DNA from: Eledone cirrhosa
Taxonomy: Eukaryota
DNA length: 64,000 nt
NCBI GenBank assembly: GCA_964016885.1
Contig: OZ024740.1
Location: 159,030,001 to 159,094,000 of the forward strand
Reading direction: 5' to 3'
The notes under the pieces were generated by a model. The model worked only from the letters and a program-made list of their open reading frames with translations. It searched no databases and was not told where the DNA came from. Below, in pieces: positions 14,149-27,219 of the stretch. How positions within the stretch are numbered: the first letter of the stretch is position 1; each line of letters starts with the position of its first letter. The translations under genes and the position numbers were made by a program.

Positions 14149-14679
14149 AGTAACACAAAAGAACTATATCGCATGTTAAGAGGTAAGTAAATTGCGGGTG
14201 AGGATGAATAAATATTTAATTAATGGATAGTAAAGAAGTAAAAGGGGTAGTGAAAACCAATTAATGATTGATAATAATTAACAACTAGTTGAAGCTGTTG
14301 GTTTGGGTACCCTACAGCGACAAGTGGTATTAGACATTTATATCACAGTCAAAGTATAAGAGAACCGGTTAGTTATAGGGTAACGTGTACACAAATTATA
14401 TTTAAAATATAAAATACAATATTAAAAAAATCAAAATAAAATGCAATAGAATAAAATAAAATAAGATGTAATGTAGGTTATAAAAATGTAATATTCAATA
14501 TGGATGGATGGTCCGGTAACTCCTGATAGAGTCGTAGGGTGCCCTATTGACATAGGCCGTTTCTTGGGAATTTTAAGCCTGGGGAAACCATCCCTCTCTA
14601 GGCCTGAGTACAGCAGATTTCTTCAAGAGAAAGATACAAAATAAGAGAGAGGAAATGGGAAAGAGATATAAAGGAAGAA

Positions 14680-14837
14680 TCGACCTCAGTACTAGACTGG
14701 TACTTTTTTTATAGACCTCGAATGGATGAAAGGCAAAATTCACCTCGGCGGGATTTGAACTAAGAGGCAGAGAGCCGGAACGAATACCATAAAGTATTTT
14801 ATCCGACATTTTAATGGCTCTACCAATTCGCCGCCTT
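14680..14837 (-). mobile_element. SINE family 1, diverged
   Basis: Reverse complement of the B-box and central domain (GGATGAAAGGCAAAATTCACCTCGGCGGGATTTGAACT). Confidence 0.8.
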
Positions 14838-15084
14838 CAACACTTAATATAGATACCTGATAAACAGTAAACTATAAAGGTAAAAACTCAGTATAAGATA
14901 AAATCAGAGAGAAACATGAGGGTGCATCAAACTATTTAGAGAGTCCGTAAAATATCTTGTAGGTCCATATGGATATATTTATTTAGAACAACAGAAGGCT
15001 GGACTAGAAATTTCCCTTTAAAGTTTTAATGAAGCAAGAAACACTATGCATATTTACATGGCCAAGTTACATCATCGGATCATG

Positions 15085-15530
15085 ATCATGAAAATAAAAA
15101 CTGCCACCAAATTAAAACACAACCAGCCTGATATTGTTGTTTGGGACCACACACTGAAAACGTACTCTGTTGTAGAGATCAGCTGCCCACTTGATGTCAA
15201 AGTTGTAAGAAAAATACAAGAGGAGGACATTTACGGACCATTGATGAGGAGTTTGCAGATCCAGTATCCAAGATACATCTTCAGCTTCTTACCCATTATT
15301 ATTAGAGATACAGGTTATATACCAACACGCTTGGACCAAAGTATAACTGAAGTTGTGGATAAAGAACGCAGCTCCCTAATTCTTAGACTACAAATGGCTG
15401 CGATAGCTGGCACCTTCAAAATTTGCCAAACATTCTGGCGATTCAAGGAATGACAATTTCTTTTCTTTTACAACCTTGCCACCAGGAAGGTGGCCAGTCA
15501 TAAATGTACTCTAAATTAAGAGAAAGAGAA
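15085..15530 (+). mobile_element. 3' fragment of a second R4/Dong-clade subfamily (RLE domain)
   Basis: HNQPDIVVWD...VVEISCP...IYGPLMRSLQ...KICQTF is homologous to the 19024-19941 ORF. It has a different, short 3' UTR that ends in (ACAT)n. Confidence 0.85.
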
Positions 15531-15569
15531 ACATACATACATACATACATACATACATACATACATACA

Positions 15570-15603
<34 letters not shown>

Positions 15604-15612
15604 CATACATAC

Positions 15613-16012
15613 ATAATGGTTGCATCTCGGTTTCGAGAATTGTCATCCCTTGTCCTTTTTCTCATACATGGGTGGCACGAACATGACTTTTTATCCTTTC
15701 TACATATACTGCAGCGAAAGAAAAAAAAGAAAGACCATGCTCACGCAACCCATGTGAAAGTCGTTAAGATTAAGGGATGCCTGTGTTTGAAGCTTTTTTA
15801 AATGGAGAAAGGACTTGGACTGGACTAATCTCATTGTTGGAATAGCCGTGACAGTTATCCAAAAACAAAACAGATCAACATCATTGACTGCTATCGAGCC
15901 GTAGGTTTTTGTTCTAGAACGATGTCCTAACAAGAATTAGGGGTCTCTCACACCCGGTGGACTAACCGCGCGCTCGAGTAACAAACCAAGTAAATCCATG
16001 TCCCAGCGCTTG
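15613..16012 (-). mobile_element. Diverged relative of the (TATG)n-tailed non-coding element at 47483-49719
   Basis: Shares CAATGATGTTGA.CTGTT, AAAAAGCTTCA..CACAGGCAT and the 3' end CTCGAAACCGAGATGCAACCAT(TATG)n. Confidence 0.7.
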
Positions 16013-16127
16013 CACGTATACACACATACATGCATACATGCATACATACATAGACATACATACATACATACATACATACATACATACATACATACATACA
16101 TACATACATACATACATACATACATAG

Positions 16128-19100
16128 ACAGTCAACGCGATCAGTCGCATATCTTAGCGTGGGAGACTATTTATTAAATTTAAGATGAATACTATCTCCG
16201 ACAGTAATGCCACAACTAGAGTCAGGTTGAATAACTGGTTATTCTTCTAACTATATCTTCTGAAGACACCTTTTATTCGAATTCGTAGAGATATCCATAA
16301 ATACATAATTAATTTTACAAGGATTTGCTACAAACAGCATGGCTGAACACAACATCAACAAAAAAATTAAGGAAGTAGCGAAGACAAATAACAAGGAAGG
16401 TAATCAAACTTTATTCAGTTGTAGCTACAGAAAAAACCGAAATTATAAATCGCATTTCTCTTGGAGTTGCGAACTTAATAATGATTTATTTAATTGTTAT
16501 AAAATGGCAAAAAACAATCCCTCCATTGGCTATATGAATAGAATGAAGCTACACTGGGACGAAATGCACCCAGAGCTAAATTATTTCACAGCGAAACAAT
16601 TACGCCAACAAGCGACATTTGTTGAACGTAAAAATAAGATAAATATTATTAATTGTAAGTCCCCCACAACAAACATGTTATCAACAACACCTGCTACAGG
16701 TCGCCATGCTACTAGACTTCCTAGCAACCAGGTCGAACACTGCCTTGAAACAACTATGCCTGTAAGAAACTTGACACTACCTTTACCATCTAAGTTACCT
16801 CGAATGCTGGGGAAAACACTATCGATAATAATAATAATCGAAGAGATAATAATAATAATCGAAGAAATTTGACACCACGTGTACCACCCGAATCTACCTC
16901 GACTGTTGTGGAAAATACTATCGTTAATGATTATAAACAAAAGTATAAACAATTGAAAATTTCCTTCAACGAAATCTTCCAGAGAGAAATTAATTCATGT
17001 ATAAATATCTCTCTTGCTGAACGTGTTAAAACGACAATGTTTAAAAAAAAACAAATAATGAAATATTACGTGTTATTGACGAAATAGGGGATGAATATTT
17101 ACGACGGATAAAAACCCCAACATTTTGGCAAATCAACGCCTGTTTATATGCCCTAGCAATGGCAGTGAAGCATTATCTTGGTGATAGCAGATATATTAAC
17201 AAGAACAGAACACCACCAAAAATACCATCATATATAACTAAAATAGAAAAAGATTCCTGACCTACAAAAAACATAGGACATGTGATAATGATCCTTACAT
17301 GCAAACAAACACAAAAAAACCTCACTCCTCACCAACAAAGAGTTAAAAATGAAATAGAGACGATGTTTGGTAACAGTAGAACCAGAACTCTCCAATATAA
17401 GCTGATCACCCTCAAACAAGAATTGAGAGCTGTTAGCGAAAAACGCCGATACCTGAAGAAGGTAGATGAGAGAAAAGTGCTTAAGAAAAGATTCAGACGA
17501 AACCAAACATCAGTCTATAGAGATATGAAGAGCAAAATAATAAGTGTCACTGAGGCCCCATCCCAGAAAGAGATAGATTCCTTTTGGAGAAAAAAATGGG
17601 GTGAAAAGAAGAATTTCAACCAAGATGTAAGTGTGGGTACCCTTGAGACTGTGATAGGAAAACTCCAAGATAAGAAAACACCAGGAAGAGACATCATTGT
17701 CGGCTACTGGTACAAAAACTGATATTCTATCGGAGGTATCTTACGGATCTCTACCAACAAGTTCTTAGGGGAGATACACTTATACCAGAATGGTTGACAC
17801 AAACATTACTGGTCCCCAAGAACAAAGACACCCACTTGGCAGAAAAACCCCGACCATTTGCATGCCAGAACCTGATGTATAAGATGTATACAGCCTGCCT
17901 GAATCTATTCCTCCAAGATCACTGTGAAAATAATAACATCATCGCAGATGAACAAGCAGCTGGAAAGAAAGGAGTTTGGGGATGTGCTGAACAACCCTAA
18001 TCACCAAAACTGAAATGTCGGAGGTGCGACAACTTAGGAGGAACATGACTACAGTCTGGCTGGACTACAGGAAAGCTTTCGATTCTGTTCCCCACTCTTG
18101 GATGATAGAGGCCCTCCAACTTGCTAAAGTCCTAGACATTATTGTCAGACCCATAGAGAGGCTGTCTTCTTCTTGGGCTACTATCCTAAGATTAAAGATA
18201 GAGAGGGAGGACTCTATTTTCACTGATAAAATAAAATATTGCAGGGGTATATTTCAAGGGGACAGTCTCTCTGTGATATTATTCATCTTGTCATTAAACC
18301 CCTTGTCCTTTCTGCTCAAGAAATGTGAGGGAATACATCATTGGCTCACAAGAGGAAAGACATACGCAGCTAACCCATAATTTCTTTGTGGACGATCTGA
18401 AACACTATGCCAAAGACATGTACGGGATGAAGAAAAATCTTGACCTGGTTACAACGTTCTCAAAGGATATAGGAATGGAGTTTGGACAAGATAAATGCTC
18501 ATACATGACTGTAAAGCGGGGAAAAACAACAACCCAATCTAGCAACATTGTCATCAATGGCTTAACTGTTTCACCGATATCTGATAAGGACTGCTACAGA
18601 TACCTGGGGATAGATGAGAACATATCATATAATAGTATCTGTAATAAAGAACGCGTAACCAGGGAATACTACACCCTATTAAGAAAGATCTGGTCATCGG
18701 AACTCTCTGCGCAAAACAAAACAGTGGCTCACAATATGTTTGCCGTGCCTGTCCTAACACCAACGTTTGGAATACTCAATTGGACGATAGACGAAATCCG
18801 AGCAGTTGATGCTGGAACTCGAAAAATACTGAACAACGCCGGAAACTTCCACATCAACAGTGACATAGACCGCCTTTACTTGAAACGTAAGCAGGGAGGC
18901 AGAGTCCTAACATCAGTCCAGACAACATTTGAATGTCGCATCATATCTCTCCGACCACATTTACGAACCTCGAAGCGTTTCTTGAGCAAGTCTATCTGCA
19001 TGAAACAGATAAGATCATGAGAGTTGGGAAGGAACTCCTCGAGAAATATTCCGTGTGATAATCAAAAACTCACTCCCAGGGATGTCGCTCAGCAGTATCG

Positions 19101-20169
19101 CAGTGAATCCATGGATGAAAAACTGCATGTTTATCAGCAAAAAATCATGCATGGATATGTTGCCTGGAAGCTCCAGAGTGAGAGTAATATAGATAAGGAA
19201 AGTAGTCTATCTTGGACCAACAACCGCTATATTGGCTCCCACTTTGAAGGATATGCTTTTGCAATCCAGGAACAGGAGATTAGCATGAAATACCTGATTC
19301 ACAAAAGAGATAGGGAGGCAAGCAAAACACCTAGATGTGATAACAAGTGCAGATTCTGCAGAACTAACATCGAGGATATCACCCATGTCATCAGCAGCTG
19401 TCCAAAGATGTCATCGCGCTACTATCTACCTATGGGGTATGATGGAGTCGGCAAAACACTGTACAATGCAGTTCGTAAAAAAGATAGCCCCGATAATAAA
19501 CACTTTAAAAGCTACAACATTGTGGAAGACATACATATACATAATATGAAAGAGTACTGGTGGAATGTTCCAGTAAAAACCCCAATAAAATGCAGGCATA
19601 ACAGACCAGATATTATGATATGGGACAGGAAGAAGAAAACATGCACAGTAGTGGAAATTAGCTGCCCAGCAGATGCCAATATAATATCAAAGATTAGTGA
19701 AAAGAAGAATATTTATGCAGAACTGATGAGAAATCTGCAGATACTCCACCCTGATTGCACCTTCAGATTTATGCCTGTGATTATTGGGGCACTGGGGTAT
19801 GTTAGTAACTGCCTCAATACAAATCTTGAGAAGCTAGGCTTCACAGGAACAGAACGAACACAACTAGTTAGGAAATTACAAGTACAATCCATTAATGGAA
19901 CAGTAAAAATATGTAAAACATTCCAACAATTTCGCATCTAATAACTGCATATAGACATGTACAGATGAAAAGCATACACACATGCACACATACAACTCAA
20001 AATATCCACATCCACACATACAATAACATCCATATCTACACATGCATGCATACATACATATCTACCTAGTTGATGTTGTGTCAATTCCAATGAGAGAGTC
20101 TTGTGTCTATGTTAGAAACCGACTCTCTCTCTATTGGTAAAACTTTGTGAAATTATAAAACCAGAAGAA
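16128..20169 (+). mobile_element. Near full-length R4/Dong-clade non-LTR retrotransposon (RT + CCHC + RLE), disrupted
   Basis: WLDYRKAFDSVPH, GIFQGDSLS, FFVDD, YRYLG, CRFC..EDITHVISSC, RPDIMIWD..VEISCP..K..IY. Several frameshifts and stops. (TACA)n on both sides. Confidence 0.95.
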
Positions 20170-20809
20170 CATACATACATACATACATACATACATACAT
20201 ACATACATACACAGACACGCATAGATACATACATGCATACATGCATATGTGTGTTCCTACGCTTGTGTTTAGTCCTGTCCAAAAATGTTTTTATTTATAT
20301 TGCGTATAGAAACGCGATTTATGTTCTGTTACTTAGCGGTAAATTAAATAGCAGACTGAAATAAATACCGGGGAAGAGGTGGGAATAGATCTACTGAATC
20401 CTTGAAGGAAGTATCCCAGCATGGCCGTAGTCCAATGATTGAAACCAATAGAAGTGCAAACGAGTAGTACTTTCGTAATTGCTAGTTCTATTTTAATATT
20501 AAATTGGAAAGTATTTCCCTAATTACTTCAAGATCATTTAAGAAGTGATATTTGTAAAGTTTCATGATTCATTAAGCTCTAACTACATTTATCATCATTA
20601 GATGATAATTTAGATATAATCTTCAGTGTATTATTAATCAAATAATAACACATTTTACACATATTATCTCCACATATTTCATCCATCCATTCAGTCATTC
20701 TTTCAATCGTTTCTTAATCAATGTTTACTACAATTTTCTTCCTGAGTACAGTCACAATCAATTAAGCTAGTTTAGTTAGTATTAAATGATACGAACTAGA
20801 AATCTTCAA

Positions 20810-20950
20810 ATCTGACTTGGTCGGGTGTTGTCCGATCTGGTCAGGTCCGGTCTGGTGTTTTTTGGTGAAGTCTGGTCTATTCCAGTCAGGTTTGGTCCGG
20901 TCAAATCCAGTCTGGCATGGTCTGGCCTGCTGTGCTCCGGTCGATCTGGA
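20810..20950. repeat. Degenerate pentamer repeat (GGTCY)n
   Basis: Repeated tggtc/ggtcc/ggtct units. Confidence 0.6.
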
Positions 20951-21074
20951 ATATTTAAATTTTAGTGGGACCTTATTATTGGTTAAGTTAACCTTCTGTT
21001 CCTTGACATTCGGCATCCAGTGTCATGTATGTTGTTCAAGTATAGTAATTATGTGAGTACCAATACGATAAGGT

Positions 21075-21200
21075 GGGAAATTTTTCAGGTAAATGCCGGG
21101 TAAAATGCCATGTCATATTTGTTCCGGCTCTTTGAACTCTGAGTTCAAATCATGCCTGGGTAAACTTTGCCTTTCATTCTTTCAGGATCGATAAATAAAG
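21075..21200 (+). mobile_element. SINE family 1, diverged
   Basis: GAGTTCAAATC...ACTTTGCCTTTCATTCTTTCAGGATCGATAAA. Confidence 0.7.
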
Positions 21201-21224
21201 TAAGACTGAAATATTCCGTTCAAT

Positions 21225-21284
<60 letters not shown>

Positions 21285-22896
21285 ACATATACTTTCATAA
21301 CTGGCTATAGGTGTCAAGACGGCGTTTTGTAAAATATAAACGAGCGAAGGTTATAAGATGGTGTTTTGTAAAAAATACACAAGAATCAGACAAAACGGTG
21401 CCTTGTATAAATGAAATACACAAAGTTGACAAGAACATAGAGGAAACCGCATTTTGTTCTACCATAAAATGTCATAACCAAAATGTGTTTGTGAAAGAAG
21501 TTACTAGGTGGGGTTCGGGGACCTGATGGCGTAAGGAGGAAAGGACCAACGTGGTGTGCGTTATGCGATGTATAAATAGAGAGACGTTTATGTGAATTGA
21601 GTTTTACTTTGGTTGAAGATTGAATCTGCTTATCGGGAAGTGTCGTTCGTCTGGAATTCTGGAATGAAAGCTTGAAGCAGAGTGGATCCCCCTAAAGTTC
21701 CCAAAGATCAGTTGGTGGTATTAAAACGAGTTACGGATTAAGATCTACAACTCAAGTACACCATTGTGAAATTTGATCTCAGAACACGAACAGCCAGAAC
21801 AAATACCAGTAGGCATTTCCTCCTACACTCTAACAGTTGCATCAATCATCCGCGCTGAGGAGATGAAGGACAATTTCGATCTCGGCGGAATTTGATCTCA
21901 GAAGGAAAGGAATTGAGACAAAAGAGCAAAGAATCTCGTCCATCCGAAATGATGAGAAGCGGAGTTGACCTCGATGGGATTTGAACTGAGTACGCATAAA
22001 ACCAGACAAATAATGCAAGACATCTGGTTCGATGCTCAAACAATTCTGTCACAAGGAACTGGTATTTTATTTTATTGACCTCAAATGTATGTAAGCTAAA
22101 AGCTTTACCAAGATGAATGCCCAAAGGTTAAAATGATCAGCACAGGATTAACGCGAAATTGTATTTTCGTATGCGTTGATATTTTATTTGAAATTCAGAT
22201 TTTTATAGTTCCCTTTGTCTGGCTTTCTTTATTCTACCTTCTTCTGACTTGAATTTCATAGGAAAAGACCCATTACTAGATACAATGGTGCTTATATAAT
22301 TATAGTTCTTTGTGGCTTCAATCATTCCTTCTTCTGTGTTGCAATCAAGGATATTGTTATTCGGGAATTGCATTAGCATTGCTTTACGTTTATTAATTCA
22401 CAATGCAGCTTTTTTTTAACCACTTCAATAACTAAGTAGTTTATGTCATAGGCATAATCCAAATCGCATAATTTCTCCCTTTAAACATGCCTATCCCATA
22501 ATTTACTATCTCATGTTCATCACAAAATCAATAACTAATAGAGAGAACAGATGATAATATACTACATTGGAGTACACCAGAAATCATCTGGAGAGGTTTT
22601 AAAATACTAAGTCGATTTATACATCGTATACACACCACACACGTGTGTGTGTGTGTGTGTGTATAAATCGACTTGTGTTGCCTTCATGCGGGATGCAACA
22701 TGGATAGATTACATATACATCGACGTTGTGCTATATATATGTCTAGTGCCTTCGGTTGATTTTCTTGGTGTCACACTTTATAACTGTTGTGTTTACTCTG
22801 GACCTAATGTTTTTAACTTTCGCCCCATTGAGTGCTTTGGGATCGCCTCAAACAAATCGAATAGTACTTGCTGTGCAACAGTTAAAACTTCGATTT

Positions 22897-22974
<78 letters not shown>

Positions 22975-24919
22975 TAACAGATTAAAGTTTAAGCAAAGAA
23001 TCGCTACTTTAACCCTTAACGGGATCTTCTGATATATATTATCCTTATCGAGCCCTCTTCGAATTTTAGTCTTCACATTTATTATTATTACTATATATAT
23101 ATATGTAAATGTGTGTGTGTTTTGGGGGTGTGTGTGTATGAACAGCGTGTGTGCTTGTTAAATTGCGCTAAGCACCCGAAAAATACAATGAATTTATATC
23201 TATATATACAGAGTATACAGGAACTGAGACTGCGTGGATATATATATATATATATATATATTTACATATTGAGAATATAGACATGCAAACATGCCAAATT
23301 CACTTATTTGCCTGTACATTGAAAACATAAAATGATTAATATCTTGAACCAATTTTAGAACAGCTTGGAGTTCACATGTTTAAAAAGCCCCATAAGAATC
23401 CACGTAAATGAGAGGCTCATATACTCTATCACAGTAGTATTACTAAAATGAACGCATTAATTTGCATATTAATAGCCTCATATAGGTAGTTAATTTTGAT
23501 ATATATTAAATGTTTCCGCCAGCAACAGCCCTTTACACGAATAGCTCATGGTTCCAAGAAAGACTGAGGCGTAAAGCATGATTTGAAAGACTTCGCCAGA
23601 AGGTAGTGTTAAGCTAAACCTGGCGTTGGCTAATACTGGCAGAAACCTATCCAAGTTTTCAGAGTTATATTTATGTATGTATTTAAACATACATCGGATA
23701 ATGTTTCGGACGCTAATGCTTTATCTAAAAGTAAACACCGTGAGATGGACTGACAACAACAAAAAGGTAAAGGAAAAAAGGAAGGAATGTGTGGTCAAAT
23801 GGCAGTCATGGTAGAAAAGGATGTGAAAAGGAGAGGCCGAAATGATTCTAATCTAAGAGGTCACTTTAATAATTTTGATAGGTTCCGGCCAGTTTTGGCC
23901 CATATTAAAATTACTAGCACCACGGTAAACTGTAAGGGACGTTAAAATATTTCAGTGAGTATGCACGCGTCGGTGTGTGTGTATGTATAAGTGCTGGTCA
24001 GTTGCATGGGTTTATTTAGTGAACGTTTAAGGTAGACATATTTTATGGAAAAGTTTGAATGTATGTGTGCTCGTATATGCATACACCACATGCATGTACA
24101 CTCATAAGAAACAAATACACACACATAAACATATAAGTACATATCTGTGTGTATTAAAGTCAGCTTGAAAATAGATTAATTTTGCAGAATGGTTTTTCGT
24201 TATTTTCGTATTATGGAGCAAAGAACAACTTAAAATATTTGCTTACTTAGATATATACAGTGAGATAAAAAAGTAAAAGGCCCTTAACTTTTGATGTAGT
24301 TTTTGGGGCTCCGTCTTATATTTACGGCACGTTTAGGGCATTTATATCTGCCGAAGCCCAACACACTCCAGGTTGGAATGCACTCAGTTATTTTTAGAAA
24401 ACTAGAGAGAGATTACAGTGAAAGAGATGTGAGAAAACATATAGACACTGGTACTAGGCTAGAACTTTATTTATCGACCTGTCAGAGAGAAGGTTGAAAA
24501 TGATTTTGGTCGGAGAGAGGCTAGAAAGTGGAGATAATCCGGATATAAATGTAAGGGTGTAAAAGAGCGTCAAAATGCATGCACGCATCTATGCCATGTG
24601 TTGCTTCAAGTTGTTTAGTGAAAGGTTAGGTAAGGCTTTTTGTGGACGGGTACTTCGGCGGGATTTAACATCAAAAACGCAGTGAGCTGTAAAAAATACG
24701 GATAGATTTTTAATCCAACGTTTTAAGGACTGCCAATTCACCACTTCACAATGTCATGAATACACATGGACAATTTTAAATGACATTGCCGTTTGCATTG
24801 TTTCTTCATACCAATAGTTGCTTCATATCAATGCTATATGTATTTAAATTGCATGTGTGATCGAGGACACTTTGGCAATATATTAAAACATTGGTTTTAT
24901 CTAATCAAATATATTATTA

Positions 24920-25108
24920 AGGGTGAATTGGCAGTATCGTACAGGGTTGTACGCCATGCTTTCTAGCATAGTTACGTCCCTTTACAGTCTGAGTTCAAAT
25001 CCCGCCGAGGTTAACTTTGCCTTTCATCCTTACGGGGTCGATAAAGTACTAGTAGCAGTAATGTACTGGGTAATTGCTGGCCTTGTGCCTAAAGTAGAAA
25101 CAATTATT
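24920..25108 (+). mobile_element. SINE family 1
   Basis: Same head, B-box, central domain and tail as 13926-14148, with a short internal deletion. Confidence 0.88.
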
Positions 25109-25359
25109 AAGAAAACATACACAGTCAGGTTTAGAGAAAGCGTGAGTAAGTATATTTTTGATCAAAATATTAGCCAAAAAATGCAGTAATAAAACTCTGT
25201 TTATTAATGTTCTATTGTATGGCTTTTTCAAACTTATGTTCAACTTTAACTTCATATGCTCGATGGTAAAAAATATATGGACATCACAACTACTTTAATA
25301 TATATGTGTATATGTGCGTGTGTGAAAGCATAATATATATATATATATATATATATATA

Positions 25360-26107
25360 CAGTGCCCCGTAAAAGTTTACAACACATTAGGAAAAATGCT
25401 GTTTTAGGTATTTTTAATAAAGTTAGGGTAATGAAAATTTAACTACTGATAGAACATATATTGAGGCATTTAATGATACAATCATATTTTAAAAAAATAA
25501 CAAGGAAATAACTCATGAAGAAAAATCAATATTTTTATAACGCAAAAGTTTACAACACATTTATTAAATCATCTTAATATTTCGTAGCGTAACCTTTGTT
25601 GCTAATTACAGCCTGTGGGCGTTTGGTGTAGCCTCCTACAATCTGCTTGCATGTTTCTTGGCTAATATTTATCCATTCTTCACAACAAATTTTCTTTAGT
25701 TCAGGGATATTTTGGGGATTCCTTTTTTGAATTCTGAGTTTCTGTTCTCTCCACAAATTTTTGATCGGGTTAAGATCTGGAGACTGACTTGGCAATTTTA
25801 GAACATTTATTCCATTCGTACTTAACCAAGATTGTGTTAGCTTTGCAGTATGCTTTGGATCGTTATCTTGTTGAAAAAACCAACCTGGCTTTAAGCTGAG
25901 AGAATGTGCACTTTGATGTAAATTCCTTTGCAAAATACCTCTATAATAAGCGCCATCCATTCTTCCTTCTATTATTTCAATATTTCCTACACCTGTGGCA
26001 CTAAAGGAACCCCAGACCATGATTGATCCACCTCCAAAATTTACAGTTGGAATAGTATTCTTCGGCGAATATTCAGTACCTTTCTTTCCCCAGACTTTTG
26101 CCACAGC
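25360..26107 (-). mobile_element. Tc1-family DNA transposon, right end (IR/DR-type TIR + transposase C-terminus)
   Basis: TA|CAGTGCCCCGTAAAAGTTTACAACACA terminus, with an inner direct repeat AAAAGTTTACAACACA at ~25544. The ORF has PTVNFGGGSIMVWG, FQQDNDPKH and SPDLNPIKNLW (catalytic E changed to K), then GYATKY. Confidence 0.92.
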
Positions 26108-26371
26108 ATATACATAAATAAATAAATATATATATATATATATACACATACATATATATATATTTTAAAAAGTTCGCTGTAATTACCATATGTACCTTTA
26201 CCACGCGGTTTCAAATCCAAAAATAAATGGATAATTCAGGCGGACTTTCATTGAGAAGGGGACTCTCGTCAGAAGGTTCTTCTCGCTCGGAGAATATAAA
26301 ATGGTTTGTTAATTTATTAACCTGCCATAGAACGACATTGGCATACGGTTAGATAATACTTGTATCCCTAT

Positions 26372-26401
26372 GTGTATTTTTACACGTAGGAACACATACT
26401 T

Positions 26402-26468
<67 letters not shown>

Positions 26469-26565
26469 ACCACGTCATGATATATTATATAATATTATAT
26501 ATATATTATATAATATTTTATATATATATATATAAAATATTATATAATATATATATATTATATAG

Positions 26566-26597
<32 letters not shown>

Positions 26598-26618
26598 TAT
26601 AATATATCATGACGTGGT

Positions 26619-26691
<73 letters not shown>

Positions 26692-26720
26692 AAGTATGTG
26701 TTCCTACGTGTAAAAATACA
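26372..26720. repeat. Fold-back palindrome containing (TA)n
   Basis: TGTATTTTTACACGTAGGAACACATACTTTATTA and TAACCACGTCATGATATATT are both mirrored around ~26545. Confidence 0.9.
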
Positions 26721-26795
26721 TATATATATATATATAAATGGAATAGAATGAAACGAAATTTCATTTCTCACTCTTAGTACGGCACTTACTTAAAT

Positions 26796-27105
26796 GTAAG
26801 TATGTATGTGTGTATACGTACATACATATATGTATACAGACGTACAGTAGTATGTATATATATACATACATGCACACATATATACATGCACGTATCGGTT
26901 TACCGAACATTTATTATAATGCTCGATTTGTTTGTTTAGGCAACCACTCGGGCTGTTTGTTTGCTTACAAACAAACAAACCGAGCATTATGATAAATGTT
27001 AGGTAAACCGATACGTGCATGTATATATGTGTGCATGTATGTATATATACACATACTACTGTACGTCTGTATACATATGTGTATGTACGTATACATACAT
27101 ACTTA
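26796..27105. repeat. ~150-bp-arm inverted repeat (family of 2627-3267)
   Basis: GTAAGTATGTATG...CAGACGTACAGTAGT...GCACGTATCGGTTTACC...TTTGTTTG is mirrored with a short spacer at ~26945-26960. Confidence 0.9.
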
Positions 27106-27151
27106 CACACACACATATATACATATATATATTTATATATAATTGTTTCTA

Positions 27152-27185
<34 letters not shown>

Positions 27186-27219
27186 TCTACTTTATATATA
27201 TATAATATTGTATAATATA

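Noticed and set aside
16128-16330. HDV-like ribozyme in the Dong 5' UTR
   Set aside because: Small hairpins exist (GCGA-tcag-TCGC, GAATAAC-t(a/g)-GTTATTC), but I could not assemble a nested double pseudoknot.
21312-21750. Possible solo LTR (TGT start, TATAAATA, ATTAAA, CA end)
   Set aside because: No TSD and no second copy in the window; cannot be supported.
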